64,000 bases of DNA from Chiloscyllium plagiosum (Eukaryota), in assembly GCF_004010195.1 (NCBI RefSeq), contig NC_057755.1, positions 10,015,989 to 10,079,988 on the forward strand, written 5' to 3'. Both the position numbers and the translations under genes were made by a program. Below, one piece after another: positions 40,341 through 53,674 of this stretch. Under the pieces are notes generated by a model. The model was not told where the DNA came from and made no database searches. It worked only from the letters and a program-made list of their open reading frames with translations. How positions within the stretch are numbered: position 1 is the first letter of the stretch; every line of letters starts with the position of its first letter.

Positions 40341-41517
40341 CACTGTCAGTTGATGTGTTTAATCCTTGCCATCTCTATATATTAAATAGCAGTTGATCAA
40401 ATCATTCTATTGCGTGTTCTGTGCAGTATAGTAGAATTTTCCTGGCTTCACATATTCTTCATCATTCAAGGTGTAAGGAGAATGTTTCACTGTCCTAAGA
40501 CCATTACTATATATAATTAAACAGCCATTTATTCATAGATCCCTTGCTCTCTTACTTGGCCTTTGATGACATCCTATCCACAACAGTAAGTTATCTTCTA
40601 TCTCGACACTGAAGCATGTTTCCTCTAGTGCCGTACTTTCAGACTATTGAAACATCAGGTTGCTAATTCCTTCATCAGTAATGATTTTCAGACTATATTT
40701 TGTCTTGTCCTGAGCCATTAATGACAACAATAATGACAAAACTGACTGACAGAAACGTAAGGAATAAAAGGAATGAGAAAGAGAACAATGTTATTGATCT
40801 ATCTGTCAGAATCGCAAACTAGAAACCACTTGTCAAACAACAATGCAAACTGATGTGCTGATGTAAATCAGCACCAAGCAACAAAAAGGCAAAAAGGTTT
40901 TACTTGCGTTCTGAAGACGTTGTACTGAAGCCGCAACGTTAACTCAGCATATCCTCCGCATATGCTGCTAGATTTGCTGGGTTTCTACTGCAATTTCACT
41001 TTCTGTTTATGCCTGATGTTTGATTCAATGGTTGGTGATTCTGCGCTAGTGTAGCTATTATGATGTGGTGTTAGTGAAGTATATCAAACAACACAAAGAG
41101 AGAAGATAGCATACGCAGGAGCTGAATTTACTGATTGTGCTTTCCACACAAATGAAAAGCAAACTGAATACTACAAGTAATTTCGAGCATGAAACTAGAA
41201 CATCAACAATTTTTTGACAATTTTATCCTCAGTACTGAAATTTCTCAAAAAAGATTGGATACATTTAGACTTGAGATTAACTTCAACCACTTCTGATGTT
41301 GGGTAACATTGTGCATACTGGACAGAATAATTTCTCCTCCTTTTCGTGATTTCTCTCTCCTCCCGGCGAATGAAATTATAGACTCATGTACAATGCAGAA
41401 TGCGATTTGCAAATTCCATACCAAAACGACATTTATATATTCTGATAACGTCAGGATTTTGGCTTGGACACTATGAATTAACATTTAGGAACTGTGTGTG
41501 CTGTAAACTTGCCTGCA

Positions 41518-41631
41518 AATGAGAAAATGATAAAAGCCACATGTTATTTAACTTTAAAGAAGAAAGAAAATTAATGAGAAAATGATAAAAGCCACATGCT
41601 ATTTAACTTTAAAGAAGAAAGAAAATTAATT
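41518..41631. repeat. ~55-bp tandem duplication
   Basis: aatgagaaaatgataaaagccacatg(t/c)tatttaactttaaagaagaaagaaaatt x2. Confidence 0.9.
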
Positions 41632-43109
41632 GTAATTCCAATCTTCATAATTACCGATTCATTGCTAATTAAGGATTGTTTCAATAAAATGTTCATGCAC
41701 TTCCAGTAAGAGAGTCATTACCAACGTAAAAATCAAACTAACTTTGCAGATAATTTTTATCAAATAAATTGTAAACATCAGCACACTGTTTTAAAATTGC
41801 TTGCTTCTTTCTGACAATGCAAACCACTTAGTTCTCCATTTTCCAATTGCTCATCTAAAAAAAGTAAATTTGTGAAGTTAGTCATGGTTAAAAAAAAAGG
41901 CAAAGAGAAAATTATTGCATGTTTGTATTGGTCTTCCCAACAGCCAAGGCTCTGAAAATAGCTGCATGTCAGGAAATGCAGGAAATGAGCAAGTCAAGAA
42001 AATCAAACAAAAATTAAATCATCATGAATATGTGACTGAACAGTATGAGTGGTATGGTTAACAATCCAGGGGACTTGTGGGACCTATCAGTGGGCATTTA
42101 AAGAAATGGCTAGTGAGATGAATTCGAATTGGTTTCACTACTGTAAAATTGTATAAATTTCAGAATTGGAAACTGAATGCAGCAGCAGGAAGTGATCAGC
42201 TATCGATCTTAGCACCCCTCTGAGAGAACATGTTAGAACCTATTTCAAAGATATTAGATCATGACAGGAAAAGTGGAAATAACCGGGCAGAGTCAACGTG
42301 GTTTTGTGAAAGAGCAATTGCATTCAGCCAATTGATTTGAAGTTAATGACAAAATTAATATGACATGGCTGCTGGGAAACTGATGGGTGTACTGAGAAAT
42401 CTGGACTTTATTTGATTGCATGCCACATGAGGAATTTTGTAGAAATCAAAGACCATGACGTCAGGGTAACACTGATATGGTTCTTAAATAGTCTAGTTAA
42501 CGGAAAACAGACTGTAATTATAGGTGGTTCATTATTTCATGGCAAGATACAATGATATTGATTCTCGGGACGCAGTTGTTTACAATTTTTATGCGTGACT
42601 TGGAGAAAAGGACTGGAACTTGCTTTTACTAATTGGCTGATGACACCGGGGGGAGGGGTTTGGGGGAGATTGAAACTGATGACGGGGAGATAAGGATAGT
42701 ACATAAATAGCTTAACTAGTTGCCAAAGATTTGAAGAAATGAAACAAAACGTGTGAAAATGTGATTTTCGTGATTTTGGCAGAACGCACAAAAGAAATAT
42801 ACATAAACAATGAGTGACTGATCCTCTGCATTGCTGGAGGTTCTGGTTAATCCTGGTCAATCATTGAAAAAAAGATTAGCTTTGCACAGAGAGCAAGTGA
42901 TTATGAAAGCTTTCTTACTTTCATTGTTTGCAGTCTTAATGATTGAGCTCCTTTAAATTTTGAGCTAATGCTTCTCTTATTGTCAATTCACTTATGCCCA
43001 AATGTCAACTTATTTCTTTTCACCATGTATGTACTTTCATGGATATGCATCTATTCATGAATCTATCAGTTACCACCATCAGTATTGGGGTTATTGTATT
43101 CAGGGGACG

Positions 43110-43745
43110 TAATCAGTATTAATCCACGGTCGTGTTTATATTCTGGAAATCTGTGTTTGAATACTGCCACGGCAGATGGTGGAGCTTGAATGCAAAACTA
43201 GTCTTGAAACAGGATTCTAATGATGACAATGAAACCGTTGATATTTGTCTGGGAAATCCCCATCTCTTACACAACTGCACTTGAGGGAATGAAATCTGCT
43301 GTCCTTATCGAGTCTGGCCTACATGTGACTTCAGACCAACTACAATGTGGTTGAGATTGAGGAATGACCTTATAGAGGTGTACAAAATGATGAGGGACAT
43401 GTATGGGTAAATATGCAAGGTATTTACCAGTGGTATGGGAGTACAGAACTAGAGAGCATAAGGTTAGTGGGTTTTTTTTTGGGTGGGGGAGGATTTAAAG
43501 GGACCTAAGGCGGAACATTTTTTCATACTGAGTGCAGTGCATGCATGAAATGAGCTGAAAGAGGAAATGGTAGAGGCTGGTCTGTTTGCAACATTTAAAA
43601 GGCATCTAGATGGGCATATGAATAGAAGTGTTTTACAGGGATATGGGCCAAGTACTGGCAAATGGGACTGCATTAATTTAGGTTAACTGTTAAGCATGAA
43701 CGAATTGGACCACCAGTCAGTTTCTGTGCTGTACATCTGTAAACT
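43110..43745 (+). mobile_element. Deu-core-like SINE remnant followed by a CR1 3' end
   Basis: aatctgctgtccttatcgagtctggcctacatgtgact; 43360-43745 resembles 59450-59820. Confidence 0.6.
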
Positions 43746-44204
43746 TTCAACTTGAAACAATGAATGGTGGGCTAGCCTGTGACTGCTACATCCGATATAT
43801 GAATAATAAAAAAACAGTTCTTAGAGTAATATATCCTTAAGCCAACCAGGCAGCAAGCTATCTTATACCTGGTAAAAATGGAAAGTGAGAGAAGTAAAAT
43901 ATGATGTGAGAGGAAAAAAATCTCCAAGGAAAAAATTATCGCAGTAAGACAGAATCTAATATTCACTTTAACAGTGAAAATCCTAGTTTGAAAACAGTTA
44001 TGTTTAACGAAATAAATGGAATTACCATGAAATTAGGACGAAGTTGCCTGAAGTGAACTGGTTAGGAGGAATAATAGGAAGGAAGCAGTGGGAGATAGTT
44101 AAGAAGGTAAATCACGATTTTCTTCAAAAAGGCATCCTAGTAAGCAGAAAAGACTCTAAGAGAGGAGTAAACAAACCGTGGTGAGCCAAGGAAGTTAGGC
44201 ACAG

Positions 44205-45830
44205 TACAAAAAGAGGAATTGCTGGAAAAACGCAGTGTCTGGTGGAAAATGGAAGAAAAAACAGAGTTCATGCTTAAGGTCGCTTGACCTTTCCTCAGAA
44301 CTGATGGTAGCTAGGAAAAGGTTGGGTAACAAACAGAAGATAGGGTGGGCGGTGTGGTGGGAGGTAAGGAGTAAATGATAGGTGGTGAAAGAGTCCAGAT
44401 GAAGGGAAGTACAGTTAACCAGACAAAGTAATATATACCGCTCTCACTGGGATGGTGAATGGTTGTTAATGGATACTGTTCGTGGCTAGAAATAGACAGT
44501 GTGTAATGGCAGATTATGCAATAACAAGGCTTGGTGTGTGTGGTAGGCAATAGGATGATTGGTCGAGATGGTTGCAGTGTTCCCAAGTGGAAATGAGGAG
44601 ATGTGGATAATGTGGAAAATAGAAAAAGCGGAAAATGCACCAAGCTTCGCTGGAGCTCAGCATCAAGCCTGAGACAAAGGTTTGGCCAGGGAACAGGATG
44701 GTGCGTTAAAGTGAAAGGCAACTGGATGCTCAGGGTCTTCCTTGCACGCAGAATGTAGGTATTTTGGGAAGCGGTCACCCAGGCTATGCTTCATTTTGCC
44801 AATGTAGAGGAGGCCACATTGTGAGCAGAGAATGTAGTAATTAAATCGTGGGAAGTGTAGGTAAAGTGCTGCTTCATCTGGAATGGTTGCTTGCACTCGT
44901 GGATAGTGAGGACGGTACAGGTAATAGTCAGGGGAATGTACAATGGGGCTATGGAGAGGTGTTGGGAGTGAAGGAAGTGTGGACGAGAGCATCCCAGAGG
45001 GAACAGTCCCTGTGGAACGTGGACAATGTACAGGATGTGAATATCTATATGGTGGTCGCATCTCGCTGCAGGTGGCAGAAAATGTGGCTGACGTTCTTCT
45101 GGATGTTAATGCTGGTGGGCTGGTAGATAAGGACAAGGGGAATGCTGTCACGGTTGCAGGAAAGAAGAGAGGGTGTGAGGGCTGAAGAGCCAGAGATGGT
45201 TCGGGCCTAGTTGAGAGTTCTGTCAAAAGCAAAGCTCGGAATCCTCGGTTGAGGAAAGAAGGTAGACATTTCACAGGCTCCCTGTTTGAATTTCGTCTCA
45301 TCAGAACATATTCAACGGAACTGGAGAAAGTTGGAGAATGGAATAGATTCTTTACAGGAAGCAGGATACGAGGGTGTAATAGTCCAGGGAACTATGGGAT
45401 TCCGTGAGTCTTTGCTGGGTATTCGTGGTCAGCTTATCTCAAGAAATGGAAAAAAAAAGATGTTAAGGAATGGAAGGGAAGAGTCATGGATAGACCAAGT
45501 GAATGTGAGGGCGGGGAGGAAGTTGGCGTTGCATTCCATTCAACTTCCAATTCCAGATAATTGAGGGAAACAGTACCAATTAAATTATCCATATATTGTG
45601 GGAAGAAGGGTCAGGCATAACTGGGGTGCATGGGAGTCCATATGGCCACTCCTCTGACCAGAAGAAAATGACAGGACTTAAAATAGAAGTCTTTGAGGGT
45701 GAGGACGAGCTCGGACAAGCGGAGGAGGCTGGTGGAAGGTGGGGATGTTTAGGCCATTGCGGAGAGGACTGAGACCATACTGGTGGTGGATGGGTGTAAG
45801 ATGGATTGCACGTCCATGGTAAAGAGGTAA
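44205..45830 (-). mobile_element. Penelope-like element (RT thumb + GIY-YIG + pLTR), decayed
   Basis: YYILCSQCGLLYIGKMKHSLGDRFPKYLHS...HPVAFHFN. Confidence 0.85.
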
Positions 45831-46819
45831 CTCAAAAATGTAAAGCATCAGAGAAATCGCAAAAGTTACTGCGCAGGAACTGGACCAGTGAAGTGAAGAT
45901 CATCGTTATTTATGTTAAAGACTCTATTAATTTGAAAGAAAAAAAAAGCATATAAATAGGCATGAATTGGTGATGGCACTGAAGACTGGAATAAATTCAG
46001 AATCCAGCAAAGAAGGTCTTAACAAAAATGGTAAATCAGAAAGAAATTAAACCGTAAAGGCTATGAATATAACCGTAAAGGTTATGAATATAAAAGCTGG
46101 TAGGAAGAGTTAGGATCCTAAAAGATACAGCTATGGATATAAAGGATGCTTTGATTGTGTTCCTTCAATTGTTCTGTGGTAACAGCCCTGTGTTAAACTC
46201 TTTATGTGGCATTTGTATTCAGAAAAGGAGCGAGATAAAGAGTGGTTAATTACAGGCTAATTGGCCCAACATCTGCTTTGTGAAAAGGACCGGAATCAAT
46301 TATTAAGGAAGTAAGAGTAGAATGTTTGGAGAATCATCTTTCAACCAAGCAGACTTAGTATGGCGTCATAAAAGGGAAATCTAGCCTGAGTAATTTATTA
46401 GAATCTCTTGCAGAATTTTCAAAGAGAATCATGTCTGATTGTGAACGGCAGGAAAGTGAACATGAGAAATATCGGATCAATTGTGATCCTTTTGACTGGT
46501 CGAGAAGATTATGGGACCCAAAAGGCCTAATCCTGCTCCATTTTTATCTTTTCTGATGGTGTATGGTCATCTACTTGTCGCATAATATTGCATGCAATAT
46601 TTTACATACAAGAGAGCAATGGATTTGAATATATTTTTAAAATTAATTTTGGAAGAACAGCACTTTAAAGGAATATGAATTATGACTGCATCACATTCCT
46701 TACAATATCTTCATTAATTCAGGGTGCTTTCGGATTGATGCTCGTTAGCCTATTAAGTAATACATGATATCTAAGTAAAATAAAAAAGATCAGAATCAAC
46801 GACTTCATGCATTTGAAAA

Positions 46820-47023
46820 CTAACATGATGTATATAACAGAAAGATAATGTCATACTTTAATAGATCATTCCGTATTTTACTCAGCTTTGGTGTCATATC
46901 ATTCATCTTCAAACATGTTTCCCACATTATCTTCATTGCTCCAATTCCATTCACTGTTACTTTATCAAGAATCAACTGGAAAGCCTCGCTCTTCCCCTTT
47001 TCATGTATCATTTTTCTCATATG
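46820..47023 (-). CDS. Death-fold (CARD-like) domain 2, exon b; probable terminal coding exon
   Basis: cctag|HMRKMIHEKGKSEAFQLILDKVTVNGIGAMKIMWETCLKMNDMTPKLSKIRNDLLKYDIIFLLYTSC*; paralogous to 49860-49689. Confidence 0.75.
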   Translation of the reverse strand, partial: HMRKMIHEKGKSEAFQLILDKVTVNGIGAMKIMWETCLKMNDMTPKLSKIRNDLLKYDIIFLLYTSC

Positions 47024-48402
47024 CTAGGAACATATTGCAAGATGATTTAAAATCAATAGCATGAATTGCAACATTAAAAAATATAAATGCAAAGAACTGC
47101 AGTTGCTGGAAATTTGAAATAAAGCAACAGAAAGAGCTGGAGAGAAATCAGTCACCACTTCGTATCTCGTGATTCTTTCTCAGAAGTTTTCCAATGATGA
47201 GTCTTTGTGGCTGAAATGGTACCCCTGTTTCTCTCCACAGATCCTGCCAGACCTGCAGTTTTGCCAGCTATTTCTGTTTTTCTTCCAAAACAAAATAAGA
47301 GCAGATGACCAATTGCACAGGCACATCCAAATACGCATCCACTCACATGCATAAACCCATCACAGTCACGCGCACATAATTGACCAAGCTGAAACACACA
47401 TTCACACACTCACATGAAATTGCACCCATATACACACACTCACATGCACACACTCGCGCTGTCTCTCCTGCATGCGTACAGATGGAAGTTTATGAGTTTG
47501 ATTTGTATTTCCAGAATTACATTATGTTTTGCTCAAAAACCGCATATCAAGGATTCTATAAGTTCAACTTTCGAAATAGAACCAGTCTCACTCAGGTTTG
47601 GGAGATAGACAGACTTTAATCTCACACCTTTTCGGCATTGTCTGAGCTGAGGTGGCACCAATTGTTACAAAAGCTGAAGCTGTTTTGAGAATGTAATTTA
47701 AATGAAGTTCTTACTTATTTACTTATTAAAGAACGAGAACTTGCATATCCCATTCTAACAGATGAAAGACATAATCTGATTTTTTTTAATCTATCATTAC
47801 AGCTCCATGACACTGCAACACTTTTGCTCTAAATTCTGGGCCTTATGGTCTTATACGTTGCAGCCAACTGATGAAGAGACAGCTCTTTGCAAGCTAATGT
47901 TTCAAAATAACCATACTGAAATGTGTTTTTTTTTTCGCAAATTAAAACAATGAGGTCAAGCCCTTCATTGTCTTCATAGATTATCAATGCATCATGCTTC
48001 ATTGTGACAATGTGGTCCTCAACTATTGTAAATTTCTGACCTGGTTACAAATGGTCCCTATACCAACCTGGTAGCAACAGTTGCACTTCTAGAATGTAGT
48101 CACTAAAGTTTTGTAAGATCCTATTGCAATGCATCACCTTTTAAATAATTTCCTCTCTTTATTTCAAAGCTGAAAATAGCGCCTTTGTTAAGGAGTTATT
48201 CACTTGTCACTTTTCTAAATGTAGATGTGCCCATTTATTTCTGGTTCTGTGCTGTGATGTGATGTGTCTTAATGATCGTAATTTGGAAATTTGATCACTA
48301 AGTCTCTCTGGACCTGAAATCCAGGCAGAAAATGAGAATCACAAATTGAATCGGAAAAGTGTATATGGCTTCCGATCACAATCATTAATTGAAACAACGT
48401 AC

Positions 48403-48569
48403 CTCGCTCTCTTTGTCAGAGATAAAATATTTCTTCAGTAAATTCAACGCAACATGTTGACCAAATTCGTCGACTGCATCTTCCAAGCTCTTTCTGTAGT
48501 CTGCTGTGATAACTTGCAGGTCAGATTCTGAGACATTCCTCAGGAATTCGTTTAGCTTAACCTCCTCAA
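48403..48569 (-). CDS. Death-fold (CARD-like) domain 2, exon a
   Basis: ttgcag|...GAG|gtacgt, 167 bp, phase 1 to 0; VEEVKLNEFLRNVSESDLQVITADYRKSLEDAVDEFGQHVALNLLKKYFISDKESE. Confidence 0.85.
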
Positions 48570-49688
48570 CTGCAACGTGAAGGAAGTGAAGAGAAATATT
48601 GTTTCCAGTACAATATGTTGGGAATTATTTCTTAATGTGGTGTTTGTGTACTAAGTAACATTTGCGGTACATAATTCACTGTTAATGACTATTTCCAATA
48701 ATTTCCAGCAATTTAACAACCCCTTGACTTTTAATAGTTTTATCATCATTGAAACGCCTTGCAATCAGCACAGAAAGGCACTGATCTCGCCATGCTCATA
48801 CAGAGACTACAAGAGATAGTCAGACGCTAGGGATTATTCAGTGAGTATCTCCAAACCTAACTCCCCAAAAGTTGTCCACAAACTACACAGCACAAGTTAG
48901 GATTGTGATGGAATACTCCCCACTTGCTTTGATGGGAGCAGCCCTAACATAACTGAATAAGCTTTGTCCATTCAGGACAATACAAACTGTTTGATTAGCA
49001 TCACATGCACACATGTCCACTGTCTGCACTGCTGATACTCAACAGCAGCATTGAAATTCATCTACAATATGCACTCCTGAAATTTACCAAATATCTTTGA
49101 CAGCACCTCCCAAACCTACGGCCACTTACATCTGGAAGAGAAGGTGCTGGAGTGGTGAGGCCAAGAAGGGATTTACACAAACACGAATGTTGAATTATCA
49201 AATGTAGTTGTTGAACCGGGAGCCGTTGCTCATCAGTGAGCCAAGGTCGTGTTGAGGAAAAACACTTAGTTGCACAGTTGTAAAATGTAGGTAATACAGA
49301 GACACGCAAGAAGGTCCTGAGACTCACATTTGCACAACTATTTCAGTCAATCATGTCTGCCCAGACCCTCACTGATCATCCAAATAACACACCTTGGGAA
49401 AAAATCCCAATTCACTGCCCAGCAATCTCTGTTAGAGGGTAGGGGTGGGAGACTGGGAGTAGGTTTGTTCACGATCAGGGTATTCATGCTGAGAGTGGAT
49501 CACTGGTTGGTGATTACCCACAAGTGTTTATTTAAAGAGTTGTGTGAAACGCTGCACACTGGCCATCTGTCTGCATGAATGCCGTTGTTAATTTGAATGG
49601 ATGCAATGTGATGCTGCCCTCCCTCTTACCGAATCTTTTGATATGTATGCACAACATGTGCTTACTATTGTACCTAGCGAGATCATAC

Positions 49689-49860
49689 CTTTCTTGAGTA
49701 GATCATTCCGTATTTCATTCAGCTTTGGTGTCACGCCATCTATGTTCACACATATTTCCCACATTGCCTTCACTGCTACGGGTCCAATTGTTCTTATTTT
49801 ATCAAAAATGAATTTTGAAGCCTCACTGTTGCATTTCTCTTTTATCAGCCTCCTCGAATG
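49689..49860 (-). CDS. Death-fold (CARD-like) domain 1, exon b
   Basis: ttctag|...AAAG|gtatga, 172 bp, phase 0 to 1; HSRRLIKEKCNSEASKFIFDKIRTIGPVAVKAMWEICVNIDGVTPKLNEIRNDLLKK. Confidence 0.85.
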
Positions 49861-50860
49861 CTAGAAACACATTGCAGTATGATTCAAAATCAATACCATG
49901 AAATGTACATGTATGAAATTAAAAAAAAAATAAGTTTGCCAGTCATGGCTGACAGGTTATATAAAATTACATTCAAAGTCACAGTAATGACCCTTAACTT
50001 CACCCTGTGGCATTGATTTGTTTGCTTGCCATTGCTACATTTTCTTTTCAATTCAACTGTAGTAACACAGTGGATACATTTTGCAATGCAGTCTTCAACA
50101 TATTTCCACTTTATCTGATGCTGAATATACGGTATACATAAATTAGCATATCAGGACATTGTTTACTTTTAAGTTTTCATTTCAGATTACCAACAGTGAG
50201 GTGGTTTGCTATTCCGTTTCTGACTGCTTGTTTTCCAAATTTTAATGCAATATTAAAGAGATTGGAAGAATATATTAACACGACTGAATGACAGACTAGT
50301 GAATGTATGGAAAAAATGAACTAAAGCAGATATTAACGAACGAATGGTAATATTTAACAATAAATATTGTCAGTGCATCTTCTTAAATAATGATAAACTG
50401 TTTATCAAATACATGCAGAGTAATTCGGTCTCGGATTTTACATTTGTTTTGTTCATTCACATGCTTTGGGCATCACTTGCTGGACCAATATTTATTATCT
50501 CTCCCAAATTGCCCCTGAGGCAGTTAAGAGTCAAGCAGAATACAGCGATTCAGGACATAATGTATCAAGTTATGTCTCCTGATTCAATAATAACTGGCAC
50601 ACGTGACATACAGACTATTAAAGGACCCATATATGTTATTGTTCTGAAGAGAGAACTTGCAACATGTTCACCCACAGTATCTCCACTACTTCATTGTATT
50701 CATTGATCAATAAATACTTTGCATCCATCAACAATCTGATTTTGGATTTAGGATTATGAGGTTAAATCCCACAGTAGTCTTCATAGATTATCACTGCATC
50801 ATGCTTCCTTCTGGTAATGTGTTATTCAACTATCGTAAGCATCTAGCCTGGTTACAACTT

Positions 50861-51069
50861 GCTGAAAAATGTTTTGCTGGAAAAGCGCAGCAGGTCAGGC
50901 AGAATTTAAGGAGCAGAAGAATCGACGTTTCGGGCGTAGGCCCTGAAGAAGGGCTTACGCCCGAAACGTCGATTCTCCTGCTCCTTGGATGCTGCCTGAC
51001 CTGCTGCGCTTTTCCAGCAACACATTTTTCAGCTCTGATCTCCAGCATCTGCAGTCCTCGCTTTCTCCT
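50861..51069 (+). mobile_element. Palindromic Penelope pLTR-derived mini-element with a hammerhead core
   Basis: 84-bp inverted arms 50861-50944 and 50950-51033; CTGAAGA-a-GGGC-ttac-GCCC-GAAA-cgtc at 50943-50970. Confidence 0.85.
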
Positions 51070-51456
51070 GGTAACACATTGTCTCTACTTCAAACCAGAA
51101 ACAGCAGTTGTGCCCTCAGAATGCAGTTGCTCAGATCTGTATGTCTCTATTGAAATATAATTCTGCTTTAAACAATTTACCCTCCTTTACTGAAAGCTTG
51201 AAGATCGCAACTTGGACAAGGAGTCATTCACCTGTCATATCAATAAGTGTTCTCTGGAAAAAAAGTATCCATTTATTTCTAGGTATGCACTATGCTGTGA
51301 TTTGTTGCCTTAATGAGAAGAGCAGGTAACTTTGCTCATTAAGTTTCAGTGTACCCGGAATCCAGGCACAAAATGAGAATCACAATTTGAATCTGAAAAA
51401 TGTTTCTGGCTTCAGATCGAAACCAAAACTCAAAAAATGTCAAGAATCCAACATAC

Positions 51457-51623
51457 CTCACTTTCTTTGTCAGAAATTAATTGTTTACTAAGTAAATTCA
51501 CAACAAGCTGTTGACCAAATTCCTCCACTGCATCTTTCAGTCTCTGTTTGAAGTGTGCTGTGAGAGCTTGCAGATCATATTCTGAGACATTCCTGAGAAA
51601 TTCATTGAGCTTTAACCCATCAT
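51457..51623 (-). CDS. Death-fold (CARD-like) domain 1, exon a
   Basis: ttgtag|...GAG|gtatgt, 167 bp, phase 1 to 0; DDGLKLNEFLRNVSEYDLQALTAHFKQRLKDAVEEFGQQLVVNLLSKQLISDKESE. Confidence 0.85.
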
Positions 51624-51799
51624 CTACAAAGCAAAGAAAGAGGAGTGAAATATTATTTGCACTACAACACATTGGAAATTATTTCTTAAAGTGATGCCAT
51701 TGTGCCAAATATAAAAAGTTTTGATTTTATTTCCTTTTCCTCTACGACTTTTTAGAAATTCTCAGTTCAACCTCCGATGAATTGCAGAAATCCAACAGA

Positions 51800-53230
51800 T
51801 ATCAGAAATTAAAGTTGAAACTTGATCAGCTGGGGAGCTGGGCTGAGAAATGGCAAATTGAGTTTAATAAAGGTATGTGTGGCGCCTTGCATTATGGAAA
51901 CTCAAATCAAGGTCGGAGTTTTATGGTGAATGGTAGGGATTTAAGGTGTGTAGTGGAACAGAGGGATCTTGGACTTCAGGTTCACAGTTGTCTGAAAGTG
52001 GAGTCACGGGTAGACAGGGTAAAGAAAAAGACTGTTGGCACATTGGCCTTCATCAGTCAGGTCATTGGGTCTAGAATTACACATGTTATGTTGCAGTAAA
52101 CAGGATTTTGGTGAGGCTGCATGTTGAGTGTTCTGTTCATTTCTGGTCGCCTTGTTAAAGGAAGGATATCATTAAACGGAACCGAATGCAAAAGAAATTT
52201 ACAAGGATGTTGCCTGGAAAAATGCTCTGAGTTGTATGGTGAGATTGGACTAGGTAAAGCATTTTTTTAACAGCGTAAGAGAGTGAGGGGAATTTTAAAG
52301 AGGTGTAGAGGATCATGAGAGGCATGGATGGAATGAATTCACCTAGTCGTATTTTAACCCAGGGTTAGGAAATTGAGGCCTGGAGAACATCGGTTTTGGT
52401 TAGAGGGGAAAGAATAAAAGGGAACCTGAGGGACAACCTTTTTACACAGAGGGTTGTTCGCTTATGGAATGAACTGCCAGCGCAGGTGTTTGAGTTGGAT
52501 ACATTAATAACATTTAAAATACATTTGGGCAAATACATGAATAAGAAAGGATTGGAAGCAAATGGGCCAAGTGCAGGGGAGTGGCATGAGCGCCGACAGA
52601 TATTTTTGGTCTGGACCAGTTGGGCCAAGGGGCTGTCTCCTCGGTGGAGGACTCAATGACTATTGAAATGATTAATTCGATGACAGATTTAACTCTTTAT
52701 AATTTATATGTTATTCATGTTTTATACGAACTATTTGCATGTGAATGCATGAAACATGTTTACTAAGTTTGCGAATCACACCAGAATTAGTGCTGTAGTG
52801 GAACATGAGTAAGGTTATCTAAGATTACAAAATGAACTACATCATTGCATCGAGGAGTGGCAGATGGATTTTAATTGAGATAAATGGGAGATGCTGCACT
52901 TTTGATAAGATGAAGAAGGGTAGGATTTTTACGGTTTATGGTCAGACACTGAGGAGTGTTGTAGAACAGAGAGATCAAAGGGTTCAGCTGCATATTTCCT
53001 TGAAAATTGTGACACAAGTAGGCAGGGTAGTGAAGCACGCATTTGGCATGCTTGAGTTCATTGCTCAGATATTAAACAAAGGATTTTGGACAACATGTTG
53101 TTTTACAGGTCATTAGTGAGGGAAGGTTTGAAGTTTTAAGGCACAGTTCTAGTTTCCCTGCTATAGCAATGGTATTGTTAAATTGGAGAGGGTACAGATA
53201 AGCTTAACATGGGAGTTATCAGGTCTTGAG
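51800..53230 (+). mobile_element. Two adjacent CR1 3' fragments
   Basis: LDQLGSWAEKWQIEFN...QRDLGLQVHS; FTQRVVRLWNELP; second copy LRSVVEQRDQRVQLH. Confidence 0.85.
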
Positions 53231-53632
53231 TTTAAACTATATTAGCATTCTACCAGTACGACAGAGGGGAACACGTGTCAAAAGCTATTTCTTTCACACA
53301 TTCCTACATGATAGAAAAATCAGTTTTAATTGTAGAAGCAGTGTATGGGGAGGCTGACAGAAAGGATATGCAAATTTCAATTGATTATGATGTGTTTTCC
53401 AGATTATGTTGAAAACCAGGTGTAATTGGAAAGGTGTTCTTGACATCGTCCAGTTCCTTCTGAGATGTTGTATTTGAGAACAACGGTAACATAACATTAA
53501 TATTGACCTCTCTACGGCACTGCAAATCTTCCCCTAATGGTTTCTGAGGTGATTGGATGTTTACACCATCCTGCAACACACTATAATGAGGTAAACTTGC
53601 TGAGACCTCTGGCATGTTTCTGAATTCCTCAC

Positions 53633-53674
53633 CTGCGTTCTGATCCATGACGTGTGCACTCATAGGAGAAACGT
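53633..53674 (-). CDS. Repeat exon R6, predicted 42-bp mini-exon (read-through form ends at TAA 53385)
   Basis: ttaaaag|(D)VSPMSAHVMDQNA+G|gtgagg, phase 1-1. Confidence 0.55.

Noticed and set aside
41245..41512. Possible last exon after the acceptor ttgcag at ~41512, and the 79-aa ORF
   Set aside because: Stops within about 12 codons in the relevant phases, no recognisable homology; cannot be supported without transcripts
38200..46800. Expected NACHT/LRR exons downstream of the CARD-like domains
   Set aside because: No Walker A/B-bearing long ORF or LRR-type exons found; the interval is mostly retroelement debris
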